From Bdellovibrionota bacterium (GTDB lineage Bacteria; Bdellovibrionota_C; UBA2361; CALJRW01): 64,000 bases of DNA. The notes beneath the pieces are model-generated. The model did no database searches. It saw nothing but the letters and a program-made list of their open reading frames with translations, and was not told the DNA's origin. Numbering within the stretch: position 1 is the first letter of the stretch; the number at the start of each line of letters is the position of its first letter. The stretch lies in NCBI GenBank assembly GCA_041740355.1, contig JBGSMD010000013.1, positions 32,001-96,000 on the forward strand, given 5' to 3'. The translations under genes and the position numbers were made by a program. Shown piece after piece: positions 1 through 9,719 of this stretch.

Positions 1-511
1 ATGTTCGTTTTACGTCAGTTGAAAGCTTGATAACCTGCTCCACGACACGCACTTTAGTTGCCTCAAACTCTGCTTCAGCTACTTTTTTTCTAAGAGGAAT
101 AAAAAGAACTTCAATAAAGTTTTGTAATATTGCAGTATCAAGTCCGACCCCACCTCCCTTATGAAATCTAAATTCAGCATCAAAAACTGGATTACTTAAG
201 AGTCCAGCTTTAACTAAGTCTGCTTGAGCAATATTTAAATCTTCATATATTGCTTGTAGGTTTTGATTATTAAGCAGTGCTAACTGAACGGCTTCGTTAG
301 CTGTTATTTTATTTGCTAAGATCTTTTTGATTTCAAGATCTAGCTGTTGATCTTCTGATGTTCCTTGTTTCCAATGAATTTTTTGACCAGTTCTAGTTTT
401 AACAGCTTTAGTTACATCATCGAATCCAACTCCCCTTTTCAAACTGACACAACCAGAAAAAAACAAAAATGAAATAATAATTAAAGTAGAATAATTTAAT
501 TTAATGTTCAT
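1..511 (-). CDS. TolC-family outer membrane efflux lipoprotein (heavy-metal resistance type), runs off the left edge
   Basis: Not in the ORF track. Read by hand from ATG 511: MNIKLNYSTLIIISFLFFSGCVSL...AVQLALLNNQNLQAIYEDLNIAQADLVKAGLLSNPVF. Has a lipobox-like FSGC and a TolC-type N-terminus; start overlaps the stop of 501..986. Confidence 0.8.
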   Translation of the reverse strand, partial: MNIKLNYSTLIIISFLFFSGCVSLKRGVGFDDVTKAVKTRTGQKIHWKQGTSEDQQLDLEIKKILANKITANEAVQLALLNNQNLQAIYEDLNIAQADLVKAGLLSNPVFDAEFRFHKGGGVGLDTAILQNFIEVLFIPLRKKVAEAEFEATKVRVVEQVIKLSTDVKRT

Positions 512-986
512 TATTCATTCCTCCATGGTTCATACCCTGATGGCTGGGACTAATTGGTAAATTTTTTAATCTAGGCAATTCTGATTTTACAATTTTATTG
601 ATCAACATATGACACTTTGGGCAAGTATCTTTAGGGTCATGGGAAGTTATGTCAGGGTGCATCGGACAAGAATATAATATTGAATTAATAGTAGATCCTT
701 CTTCATTGTTTTGATTCCTCTTATTCTCTTCCAAAGGACGATCTATCATAGAATTATCTACTAATTTACTTCTCTTAGAATAGATCGGATCAGCTGTAGA
801 TACATCTAAAGCAGAAGATTGAGACATATACGCACCATCGCCTCTTAATGGATTACCAGGGCTTTCTAATGGCACTGTTTCTAATAAAACAGTTTTTGTG
901 CAAGCGAATAACAAAATTGTAATAGCGAATATAATAAATTTACTATTAGATATGATATTATACTTTAGAAAATTTTTTGATTTCAT
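501..986 (-). CDS. Lipoprotein with heavy-metal-binding domain
   Basis: YSCPMHP...CPKCHM motif, lipobox LFAC, His/Met-rich C-terminal tail. Confidence 0.8.
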   Translation of the reverse strand: MKSKNFLKYNIISNSKFIIFAITILLFACTKTVLLETVPLESPGNPLRGDGAYMSQSSALDVSTADPIYSKRSKLVDNSMIDRPLEENKRNQNNEEGSTINSILYSCPMHPDITSHDPKDTCPKCHMLINKIVKSELPRLKNLPISPSHQGMNHGGMNNEH

Positions 987-1046
987 ACTTGAATTTATTT
1001 AGCTAAAGGAAATTTAAGGGATAAAGAATACAACCCTACTGGAAAA

Positions 1047-1454
1047 CTACAGAAGAATTTGAATTGGAGGTGCTTGAGGTGCAAATGAAAGGCTAAGAAT
1101 AAAAGTACTTAATAACGATGGTGGTCCAGTCGTTAATTTTATAGTCTTAAAAAGATATGAAGGAACTAACTCAAGTACTTCAATTGATCTATAAATGTTA
1201 AATAGATTATTAATTTTTGAAATTTCAAAACTTACATGCGTACTTTGATCTGACTTTATAAGTGGTTGGCAACAGGAACTTTTTTCACATTTTTGACGAT
1301 GCCCTGTATCCTTACTTTTACCATGACAAGGAGAATGCTGATTAGTGTCTTCCTTAACTGGAAGAAAAGCATCATTTAGAATACAATGATTACCCCAAAT
1401 AATTAATGAGAAGATAAAAACACAGGAAAAACACTGTCTAATTACTAAGTGCAT
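1047..1454 (-). CDS. Cys/His-rich hypothetical protein of the type that leads metal-efflux operons
   Basis: N-terminal hydrophobic segment, HSPCH...H..KC..SCCQ cluster, C-terminal GPP/APP motifs, position in the cluster. Confidence 0.5.
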   Translation of the reverse strand: MHLVIRQCFSCVFIFSLIIWGNHCILNDAFLPVKEDTNQHSPCHGKSKDTGHRQKCEKSSCCQPLIKSDQSTHVSFEISKINNLFNIYRSIEVLELVPSYLFKTIKLTTGPPSLLSTFILSLSFAPQAPPIQILL

Positions 1455-1536
1455 GTTGATAATTTAACATAGTAAAGGCTAGGCAACAACGATATTTTAA
1501 AGCTAGTTAATTAGCATTTTATTTTTGCATGATAAT

Positions 1537-2265
1537 TTATAAAATAATCATTACAAATGCCATTCCTCCCATTAACAGATCTTCAACAAGAGTGACTTTT
1601 GTCATCGGAAGTTTTAATGCCGTGCCTAAACAAGCACACTGAAAACTTTTTTTGGTTCTTAGTGCTTTAATGACACCAACAGATCCAATGACCATTAAAA
1701 AGAGTGTTGTCAAATTAACATATAAAAGATCTGATAAGATAAAATATAAAACGCCTAGAGTTAATTCTATAAATGGATAAGCAAGAGCATAAAATTTAGA
1801 TTTCATAGCTAAAATATCATACGTAGCATAAGCTTCCGCAAATCCATTTAAATTAAGCAATTTAAACAGCGAGAAAAGGATAAAGAAACCACCCATAAAA
1901 TTGATCATCAGGGTGTGTATTGAGAAATTGTCTGATAAGTATGCTCGAAGTATTACGGCACCAAATAAATATGTAGCTATGACAAATAATGGCACTAAGC
2001 TATCACTGGGAGATGGGGGGATTTGGTTAATTATTTCAGTCTTTGGTTCGTCGAGTTTATCTATTTCTGTGACTTGATACGCACCAAGACTTTTAACTAT
2101 TTTTTGGATTGCGTCGATTCTAATTTCACTATCTAAAGATACTTCACCGTATGGAGGATCTAAGTTAACAATAACCTTTTCAAATCCACCTCTCTGAAGT
2201 CCTGCAGTAATTTTATTAACACAAGTATTACAGGTCATTCCAATAATTTTAAATTGCTTTTTCAT
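1537..2265 (-). CDS. HMA domain + MauE/DoxX-like membrane protein
   Basis: GMTCNTC metal-binding motif, several TM helices, C-terminal CACLG motif. Confidence 0.85.
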   Translation of the reverse strand: MKKQFKIIGMTCNTCVNKITAGLQRGGFEKVIVNLDPPYGEVSLDSEIRIDAIQKIVKSLGAYQVTEIDKLDEPKTEIINQIPPSPSDSLVPLFVIATYLFGAVILRAYLSDNFSIHTLMINFMGGFFILFSLFKLLNLNGFAEAYATYDILAMKSKFYALAYPFIELTLGVLYFILSDLLYVNLTTLFLMVIGSVGVIKALRTKKSFQCACLGTALKLPMTKVTLVEDLLMGGMAFVMIIL

Positions 2266-2283
2266 AATTTACTCTTGATAGAA

Positions 2284-2302
2284 TATACCCCTATGGGGTA
2301 TA
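2284..2302. promoter_or_regulatory. CsoR/RcnR-type operator
   Basis: Perfect palindrome TATACCCC-TAT-GGGGTATA between the divergent HMA gene and the csoR-like gene; C-tract/G-tract form typical of CsoR operators. Confidence 0.85.
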
Positions 2303-2335
2303 ATAAATGCATACGTTTAGTTCCACAAGGCTTCA

Positions 2336-2638
2336 ATGAAGAAAAAAAATTGTTGTGATAAGAATGGTATGATTCACCCAGATCATGCTATTCAGCTCAA
2401 TCGGGTTAAGCGAATTGCTGGACAAGTTGGTGGGATTAAGAAAATGATTGAAGAAAGACGCTATTGTCCCGATATCATTAATCAAATTAGCGCAGCTCAA
2501 ACGGCTCTTCGTTCACTCCAAGCAGTTGTCCTTCAGGAACATCTTAAGCAATGTGTGGTTGACGCATTTGAAGCGGGCAGTCAAAAAGAACGACATATAA
2601 AGATTGCGGAGTTACTCGAGTTAATAAGAAAAATTTAG
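2336..2638 (+). CDS. csoR: CsoR/RcnR-family metal-sensing repressor
   Basis: LNRVKRIAGQVGGI..M....RYCPDII.QISA...HLKQCV with Cys/His/Cys ligands. Confidence 0.9.
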   Translation: MKKKNCCDKNGMIHPDHAIQLNRVKRIAGQVGGIKKMIEERRYCPDIINQISAAQTALRSLQAVVLQEHLKQCVVDAFEAGSQKERHIKIAELLELIRKI

Positions 2639-2777
2639 TTTATCTTAACTATTATAGATAATAGAAACTTTTACTACAATCAACCTTCGGAATAGTATAC
2701 AGTAACTCAAAAAAACAATTGCCAAAATGTTTTTTGAAATACTTGTTGGTTTTATTTTAAGATAGTTAGGATTATGT

Positions 2778-5363
2778 ATGCCTAGAAAACCAAAAATCGA
2801 AAGATTCAATGACAGTGTACTAACTAAGTATCAAATTTATAATAGTATTTTTTTAACTTTACCATTTGATGAGATTACAAATACTGGAGTGCTACTCCCC
2901 TTATTTAGTGAGTTTTGTGAAGAAGGATATAAAATAGGCAATAATCCAACTGAGATAATCGAAGATTTTTTTAGCAAGTACTGTCATGAGTATACCGAAG
3001 CAGAGAAAGATGATTTATTATTTAGATTTATACAATATATCGAACGACAAGTAGTTTTATTTGATGCGGTTGAAGATGCTGCCTTTGCTATTGTCAATAA
3101 TTTAGACGGCAAGGGGACATTACGAGACATTAAAGAAGATGCTGATGCCCAAGGTCGGATTAATGAACTTCGAAAATATTTAGAAGATTATAAAGTTAGA
3201 ACTGTACTTACGGCACATCCTACTCAATTTTATCCAGGGGCAGTTTTAGGTATTATCACAGATTTAACTCAAGCTATTAAAGAAGATGATTTTTCATTAA
3301 TTAAAAAATTACTATCCCAACTCGGCAAAACTCCTTTTTTTAACAAGCAACAACCGACACCCTATGATGAAGCTGTTAATCTCATTTGGTTCTTAGAAAA
3401 TGTTTTCTACCATTCGGCGAGTATGATTTATCAGTATATTCAAAAAAATATCTACGATGGAGATTTAATAGATAATCAAATCGTAACTCTCGGTTTCTGG
3501 CCAGGGGGGGATCGTGATGGAAATCCTTCTGTCAACAGTGAGACTACTTTAAAGGTTGCAGAAAGACTCAAAACTACCTTACTCAAAAATTATTACCGTG
3601 ATCTTCGTAAGTTAAAAAGAAGAATAACATTTGATCAAGTGGACCATTTGGTCGCTGAGCTTGAGGCGAAGCTTTATCAGAATAGCTATCAATTAACGGA
3701 CGACACTAGTTTTGATGCCAAGGAATTTCTAATGACATTATTGAGGATTCGAGAAATCCTAGTTAGCAAACACCAATCCTTATTTATTCAAGAACTTGAT
3801 GATTTAATTGGCAAGGTAAAGATTTTTGGTTTTCATTTTGCATCACTTGATATTCGACAGGATTCTCGAATTCACCAGCAGGTATATCAGCAATTAGTGC
3901 TAGAAAGTCAGAAACTTAAACTAGATATCTTTCCAAAAGACTATTGTGATTTTGAAGATCAACATAAAATTAATTTTTTAGGAAATATTAAAGCAAAAAT
4001 TAGATCGGATATTTTTCAAGACGAAATGCTTCGCGATACAATAGCTAGTGCTGAAGCGATGAAAATAATTCAATCGCAGAATGGGGAACTAGGCTCCAAC
4101 CGCTACATCATAAGTAATACACAAAGTGCACTAAACGTAATGGAAGTTTTAGGTTTTATGCAATTAATTGGTTGGGATTTGCCAACGATTGATATTGTTC
4201 CACTTTTTGAAACAATCGATGATTTGCACAATGCTGAGCAAATTATGGAAGAACTATATACTAATAAATATTACGCCGAGCATCTTTCCCTTCGCGGGAA
4301 AAAGCAAACAATCATGCTGGGGTTTTCAGATGGCACCAAGGATGGTGGATACTTGATGGCTAATTGGGGAATCTATTTGGCAAAAGAAAGATTAACTGCA
4401 CTTTCTAATAAATATCATGTAGATGTTTTTTTCTTTGATGGACGTGGTGGTCCTCCAGCTCGTGGTGGCGGAAAAACGCATCAATTCTATGCTTCGCAAG
4501 GTCCAACTATTGCTAGCAAGGAATTGCAACTTACTATTCAGGGACAAACGATTAGTTCTAACTTTGGTACTTTAGATTCCTGTCAATATAACTTAGAGCA
4601 GTTACTGAGTGCAGGAATTGTAAATCAGATGTTTAGTAATAAGGATAGTGCTCTGAACACTAAAGATCGAGAGACAATGCAGCGTTTGGCAGATCTAAGT
4701 TATCAAGCATACCAAGATTTTAAACATCACCCCAAATTTATGCCTTATTTGGAAGAACTAAGTACACTTAAGTATTACGCTAAAACTAATATTAGTAGTC
4801 GTCCTGCTAAACGTGGAAATTCTAGTAAATTAAATTTTGAGGATTTGCGTGCCATTCCTTTTGTGGGGAGTTGGAGTCAGCTTAAACAAAATGTTCCGGG
4901 GTTTTATGGTGTAGGTTTAGCAATTGAGAATTTTATAACAAATGGCGAGGAAGATTGCATCAAAGAACTTTTTAAGAATTCTGCTTTTTTTAGAACTCTT
5001 TTAGAAAATACAATGATGAGTTTAACAAAATCTTTTTTCCCGCTAACTGCGCACTTTCAACAGGATCCAGAGTTTGGCGAGTTTTGGTCCTTAATCCACG
5101 AGGAGTTTCAAAGAACAAAGAAAATAATTTTAGATTTATTTGGATTTGAAAACTTAATGCAAAATACCAGAGCTGTAAAAGCATCGATTGATACTCGAGA
5201 AAAAATTGTTCTGCCCTTAGTTACGATCCAACAGTTTGCTTTAAATAAAGTTAAAGAGTTACATGCAGCTCAAAGCCAGCAAGGAGAGCAGATCGAGACG
5301 TATGAGAAAATGATTACTCGAACCCTATTCGGGAATATTAATGCTAGTCGTAACTCTGCCTGA
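2778..5363 (+). CDS. ppc: Phosphoenolpyruvate carboxylase
   Basis: VLTAHPT, GGDRDGNP, MLGFSDGTKDGG, LRAIPFV motifs; C-terminus RNSA. Confidence 0.97.
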   Translation: MPRKPKIERFNDSVLTKYQIYNSIFLTLPFDEITNTGVLLPLFSEFCEEGYKIGNNPTEIIEDFFSKYCHEYTEAEKDDLLFRFIQYIERQVVLFDAVEDAAFAIVNNLDGKGTLRDIKEDADAQGRINELRKYLEDYKVRTVLTAHPTQFYPGAVLGIITDLTQAIKEDDFSLIKKLLSQLGKTPFFNKQQPTPYDEAVNLIWFLENVFYHSASMIYQYIQKNIYDGDLIDNQIVTLGFWPGGDRDGNPSVNSETTLKVAERLKTTLLKNYYRDLRKLKRRITFDQVDHLVAELEAKLYQNSYQLTDDTSFDAKEFLMTLLRIREILVSKHQSLFIQELDDLIGKVKIFGFHFASLDIRQDSRIHQQVYQQLVLESQKLKLDIFPKDYCDFEDQHKINFLGNIKAKIRSDIFQDEMLRDTIASAEAMKIIQSQNGELGSNRYIISNTQSALNVMEVLGFMQLIGWDLPTIDIVPLFETIDDLHNAEQIMEELYTNKYYAEHLSLRGKKQTIMLGFSDGTKDGGYLMANWGIYLAKERLTALSNKYHVDVFFFDGRGGPPARGGGKTHQFYASQGPTIASKELQLTIQGQTISSNFGTLDSCQYNLEQLLSAGIVNQMFSNKDSALNTKDRETMQRLADLSYQAYQDFKHHPKFMPYLEELSTLKYYAKTNISSRPAKRGNSSKLNFEDLRAIPFVGSWSQLKQNVPGFYGVGLAIENFITNGEEDCIKELFKNSAFFRTLLENTMMSLTKSFFPLTAHFQQDPEFGEFWSLIHEEFQRTKKIILDLFGFENLMQNTRAVKASIDTREKIVLPLVTIQQFALNKVKELHAAQSQQGEQIETYEKMITRTLFGNINASRNSA

Positions 5364-5404
5364 TGTTACATAAGATGAGTCATTACTGATAGTTATCAAA
5401 ATAG

Positions 5405-5452
5405 TTGCAATTATTTTGCATTAGTTATATCTCTATTGCGAATTATTTGCAT
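5405..5452. promoter_or_regulatory. Two tandem Zur/Fur-family boxes
   Basis: TTGCAATTATTTTGCAT (5405-5421) and TTGCGAATTATTTGCAT (5436-5452), both TGC(A/G)A-N5-TTGCA, directly upstream of the receptor-zur pair. Confidence 0.65.
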
Positions 5453-5475
5453 TAACTCTTTTTGTAATTTGTTTC

Positions 5476-7593
5476 ATGAAAATTCTATTCTACGCGCAGT
5501 TCTTTCTTATTCTACCGATTGTTGTTTTAGCCGAAGAATCCAACTCTAATAATCCCGTTATTGCAGAGTCAATCAATCAGCCTGTACGGATCACAATTAC
5601 TGGATCTTTATCCCCCGAAGGAATGGAGCGAGTTGGTAAGCCAGTTAGTGTCTTAGGGGAAGAAGAATTACGAAAGAACGAGGGTAGCTCCATTGGTGAA
5701 GCATTAAGTAATGAGCCAGGCGTCAGTTCCAGTTACTTTGGTCCAGTTGCTAGTCGTCCAATTATTCGTGGTCAAGGTAAAGAAAGAGTCCGGATTTTAG
5801 AAAATGGTTTAGAAGTCGGAGATGTTTCAGCAACATCTGATGATCATGCTGTCACTATGGATACCCTAACCACTGAACGTATTGATATTCTAAGAGGAGC
5901 AAGCACATTACTTTATGGAAGTCAGGCAATCGGTGGTGTGGTGAATGTAATTGATGGAAGTATTAAAGAAGAAGACATTGGTAAAGAGCTAACTGGAAAA
6001 ATAGATCTCAAACAAGGAAATGCTGGTAATGGTGAGACTGGTGGAGGGGCAGTTTTAGAAGGTCAAGCTGGAAAAATTAATTGGCATATATCTGGTTATG
6101 ATCGAACCACCGATGATTTGAAAATTCCGGGGTTTGCAGAGTCATCTCAACTAAGAGAACTAGAGGAAGCAGAACATGAGCATTCTGAAGACGAATCGCC
6201 TGATCATGAAAATGATCAGGCGGAAGAAAAAGGACGTTTAGAAAATACGGATAGTAGTTCCAGTGGTGTAAAGGCTGGATTATCGCATGTCTGGGACAAA
6301 GGTTATGTAGGAGTTGCATTACGACATACGGACTCCAATTATGGAGTACCTGGTGGACATGTCCACCATGATGAAGAAGAAGTGGATCCTTTGGTTGAGA
6401 TGGCCGAAGAAGAAGATGTTCGGATTGATTTGGAGCAAACAAAAATTGAATCTCGTGGGGCTGTTTTTTTAGAAGATCCAACTTTTAAGTCATTACAATT
6501 TGGAACAACATACTCTGATTACCGACATGAAGAATTAGAAGGTGAAGATGTTGGAACTCGTTATGACCGAAAAGCTTTTGAGACTAGATTATTGTTAACA
6601 CATCAACATGATGAATATTTAGAAGGTGGTTGGGGATTTCAGTTTAATCATGATGATTTAAAAACTAAAGGCGCAGAGGCTTTCGTACCTTCAACAGAGA
6701 CTGTAACGCCGGCATTATTTTTCGTAGAAGACTTTTCTCTTGCTGATAATTTAATTTGGCAATTTGGAGGACGCTATGAACATGCTAGTCTTAATCCGGT
6801 AATGGATTTGCCGAAGAGAGATTTTGATCTTTTAAGTAGTTCAACAGGTATAATCTACTTTACAAACCAAAAAGAATATTCCGCAGCAGTTAATCTTTCT
6901 TATAGTGAAAGGGCGCCAAATGCCACGGAACTCTATGCAGATGGGGCGCACTTAGCCACGCAAACTTATGAAATTGGTGATGAAAATATAAGTCAAGAAA
7001 GATCAGTTGGAACAGAATTAATCCTTCGAAAATTGACAGGGAGTACACGTGGTAGTTTTACAATGTTTCATCAGAAATATTTTGATTATTTAAACTTAGC
7101 ACCCAATGGGGACGTACGAGATGATTTTTCAGTCTTTGAGTATAATCAAATTGGGGCAAGGTTTTGGGGATTAGAGTCAGAAATTGAACAAGATATATTT
7201 TCTATGGGGCTTAGTAGTTTATCAGCTTACGGTGGACTTGATTATGTTCGTGCTCGAAACACTACAAATAGTGACGATCTACCAAGGATAACACCACTTC
7301 GTGGTAAGACTGGACTTAAGTATCAATATGATCGCTTGGATACTTACATTGAAGGAATCTTTGTTGCCACTCAGGATGATACTGCTGAATTTGAGTTACC
7401 TACTGATAGTTACAACTTGTTGAATATGGGAGCAACATATAGTATTTTTAGTGATGCTGACTCCTCAATTGAAGTCTATCTTAAAGGTACAAACTTAACT
7501 AATGAAGAAGCACGTGTTCATAATTCATTTTTAAAAGACCAAGCACCGCTTCGTGGCCGGGCATTTTTTGTTGGTCTTACTACATATTTTTAA
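5476..7593 (+). CDS. TonB-dependent receptor, ZnuD-like zinc uptake
   Basis: Plug motifs SRPIIRG and RIDILRGASTLLYGSQAIGGVVNV, His/Glu-rich loops (EHEHSEDESPDH, HVHHDEEE), C-terminal Phe. Confidence 0.9.
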   Translation: MKILFYAQFFLILPIVVLAEESNSNNPVIAESINQPVRITITGSLSPEGMERVGKPVSVLGEEELRKNEGSSIGEALSNEPGVSSSYFGPVASRPIIRGQGKERVRILENGLEVGDVSATSDDHAVTMDTLTTERIDILRGASTLLYGSQAIGGVVNVIDGSIKEEDIGKELTGKIDLKQGNAGNGETGGGAVLEGQAGKINWHISGYDRTTDDLKIPGFAESSQLRELEEAEHEHSEDESPDHENDQAEEKGRLENTDSSSSGVKAGLSHVWDKGYVGVALRHTDSNYGVPGGHVHHDEEEVDPLVEMAEEEDVRIDLEQTKIESRGAVFLEDPTFKSLQFGTTYSDYRHEELEGEDVGTRYDRKAFETRLLLTHQHDEYLEGGWGFQFNHDDLKTKGAEAFVPSTETVTPALFFVEDFSLADNLIWQFGGRYEHASLNPVMDLPKRDFDLLSSSTGIIYFTNQKEYSAAVNLSYSERAPNATELYADGAHLATQTYEIGDENISQERSVGTELILRKLTGSTRGSFTMFHQKYFDYLNLAPNGDVRDDFSVFEYNQIGARFWGLESEIEQDIFSMGLSSLSAYGGLDYVRARNTTNSDDLPRITPLRGKTGLKYQYDRLDTYIEGIFVATQDDTAEFELPTDSYNLLNMGATYSIFSDADSSIEVYLKGTNLTNEEARVHNSFLKDQAPLRGRAFFVGLTTYF

Positions 7594-7594
7594 A

Positions 7595-8038
7595 TTGACT
7601 AAAGACGATCCTTTTTTAACTCGAGCTCTGGCCTCTCTTAAAGAAAAGAGATTTAGAATTACTTCGCCTAGGCAAATGGTTTTGGAATTATTATCTAAGA
7701 CAAAAAAAGCCTTGCATCCAAATGATATTTATTCTGAAATAAAAAAAAGTGCCAAGTCAATCGACCTAGCATCTGTCTATCGAATATTAGAGGTGCTTAC
7801 AGAATTAAAATTAATCCACCGTGAAGCCAATGGTGGATATTTCCCATGTCAGCATTGTGCTAAATGTCCATCAAGTGTTCATATTTTTATTAATTGTTTT
7901 AGTTGTGGCAATCTAAAAGAGTTAGATTATCACGGAGAAGTTTTTGGGGATGCTTTTATTAAACGCTTAAAAACTTTGGCTATTAATTCAGAGCAAGAAA
8001 CTATCTACCTTCAAAGCACCTGTTCTGATTGTCGTTAA
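7595..8038 (+). CDS. zur: Fur-family regulator, probably Zur (likely start TTG 7595 rather than 7553)
   Basis: RITSPRQMVL, IDLASVYRIL helix-turn-helix, CxxC pairs (CFSC, CSDC); follows the ZnuD-like gene. Confidence 0.75.
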   Translation: MTKDDPFLTRALASLKEKRFRITSPRQMVLELLSKTKKALHPNDIYSEIKKSAKSIDLASVYRILEVLTELKLIHREANGGYFPCQHCAKCPSSVHIFINCFSCGNLKELDYHGEVFGDAFIKRLKTLAINSEQETIYLQSTCSDCR

Positions 8039-8161
8039 GCGTTTAGCTTTTGGCAGATCTCGAATGAAAAATTTTGGCAAAATACTCGCTGTACTAAAAG
8101 TACACCTGCGTTTTTTACCAAAAATTTTAATTCGACCTCTACTCAAAATCTAAACGCTTAA
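8035..8161. repeat. Palindromic MITE-like element, family A copy 1
   Basis: Terminal TTAAGCGTTTAG / CTAAACGCTTAA; arms pair imperfectly throughout; centre TGTACTAAAAGTACA. Confidence 0.8.
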
Positions 8162-8179
8162 ATTCCTAGCACTGAGCAG

Positions 8180-8312
8180 AATTCGAATGATAAAGTTTAG
8201 CAAAACACTTCATCCGTCGCCTAGGCTATGGGTGATAGACAGCGGGAGTAAAAGTACACCTGCCTTTTTACCAAAGTTTAAATTTTACATATAAACAAAA
8301 TCTAAACCCTTA
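8180..8312. repeat. Family A copy 2, degenerate, with an insert of about 32 bp
   Basis: Shares TCGAATGA..., TAAAAGTACACCTGC, TTTTTACCAAA and CAAAATCTAAAC with copy 1; insert at about 8211-8242. Confidence 0.7.
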
Positions 8313-9653
8313 TTGTAATTGTTTTGGGCTAGTTTTTAAAATAAACCAACCTACTACTCCAGCAATAAGTGATGCTATTAGAATGCCCAGCTTGGCAACG
8401 GCTAGAGTTTCAGGATTATCTCCAAAGACTAGGCTAGAAATAAAAATTGACATCGTAAATCCAATCCCTGCTAACCAACTAGCCCCGTATATTTGTCGCC
8501 AAGTTACTCCTGATGGAAGAGTTGTTAATTTTAATTGAATTCCTAACCATATAAATAGAGTAATGCCCACTTGTTTTCCAATAATCAATCCCAAAGCAAT
8601 CCCCAAGCTTACGGGGCTAGTAATAATAGTAGTGAAATCACCGTGAAATGAAACCCCAGCATTAGCTAATGCAAACAGAGGCATGATAAAAAAACTAACC
8701 CAAGGTAGTAGTGTGTGTTCCAGTCTTTGGAGAGGCGCTTCGGCAGCGTAACAACTATGTTGTAGTCCCTCGATGGCAGCTTGTTGTTTTTCATTCAAAA
8801 TAACTTCAGCTTTAATGTTAGTAGATTCAAATTGATCGATTAATCCACGGCTTGTTTCAACAAATTCCTTGGCATCAATCCTAGAGCGAGAAGGGATTGT
8901 AAATGCTAGTAATACTCCTGCAATGGTGGCGTGAACTCCTGATTTAAGAAATAAAAACCATAAGATGATTCCAAGAATCGCATAAATTTTTGCGTGACGA
9001 AAACCAAGTCGATTAGCACTAATCAGTATTCCAATGACAAGAATCGCATAAAATAAATTAATCCAATTTATTTCGTTGGTATAAAACAAGGCAATCACCA
9101 AAACGGCACCAAGATCATCAACAATTGCTAATGCTGTTAGAAAAACTTTTAGTGCTAATGGAATTTTATTGCCCAGTAAAGCAAGTATTCCTAGAGCAAA
9201 GGCGATGTCTGTCGCCATTGGTATTCCCCAGCCAGCAGCTGATGGTTGGTTATAGTTAAAAAGTATATAGATTAAAGCTGGGACAATCATTCCTCCAATT
9301 GCGGCAATGAATGGTAGTGTTGCCTGTTTAATGGTGGATAGTTCTCCTGATAATATTTCACGCTTAATTTCTAAACCAACTAGAAAGAAAAAGATCGCCA
9401 TTAGTCCATCATCAATCCAATGTGCTAATGTTTTCGAGATACTTAAATCCCCAAGGCCAATGTTTAGTTTAGTATTCCAGAGTGTATGATACAAATCTTC
9501 CCAGGGTGAATTCGCCCAACATAGAGCAACCACTGTGCATAGTAGTAATACAATTCCACTGGAGGTTTTTTGTCGCATGAATTCTTGAAAGGGGTGGATT
9601 AACTTATCAGCTACGAGAAGAATTTTTTTTGATTTTTTTTTAGTTTTATTCAT
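8310..9653 (-). CDS. nhaA: Na+/H+ antiporter NhaA
   Basis: GLEIKRE, GWGIPMATDIAF, LAIVDDLGA, AGIGFTMSIF motifs. Confidence 0.97.
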   Translation of the reverse strand: MNKTKKKSKKILLVADKLIHPFQEFMRQKTSSGIVLLLCTVVALCWANSPWEDLYHTLWNTKLNIGLGDLSISKTLAHWIDDGLMAIFFFLVGLEIKREILSGELSTIKQATLPFIAAIGGMIVPALIYILFNYNQPSAAGWGIPMATDIAFALGILALLGNKIPLALKVFLTALAIVDDLGAVLVIALFYTNEINWINLFYAILVIGILISANRLGFRHAKIYAILGIILWFLFLKSGVHATIAGVLLAFTIPSRSRIDAKEFVETSRGLIDQFESTNIKAEVILNEKQQAAIEGLQHSCYAAEAPLQRLEHTLLPWVSFFIMPLFALANAGVSFHGDFTTIITSPVSLGIALGLIIGKQVGITLFIWLGIQLKLTTLPSGVTWRQIYGASWLAGIGFTMSIFISSLVFGDNPETLAVAKLGILIASLIAGVVGWFILKTSPKQLQ

Positions 9654-9719
9654 CGTGTTTCAAATGCAGTGATGCTTTTATTCTAGGTTAGTTTGATTTA
9701 TAGCGACACGTAAAATTTA

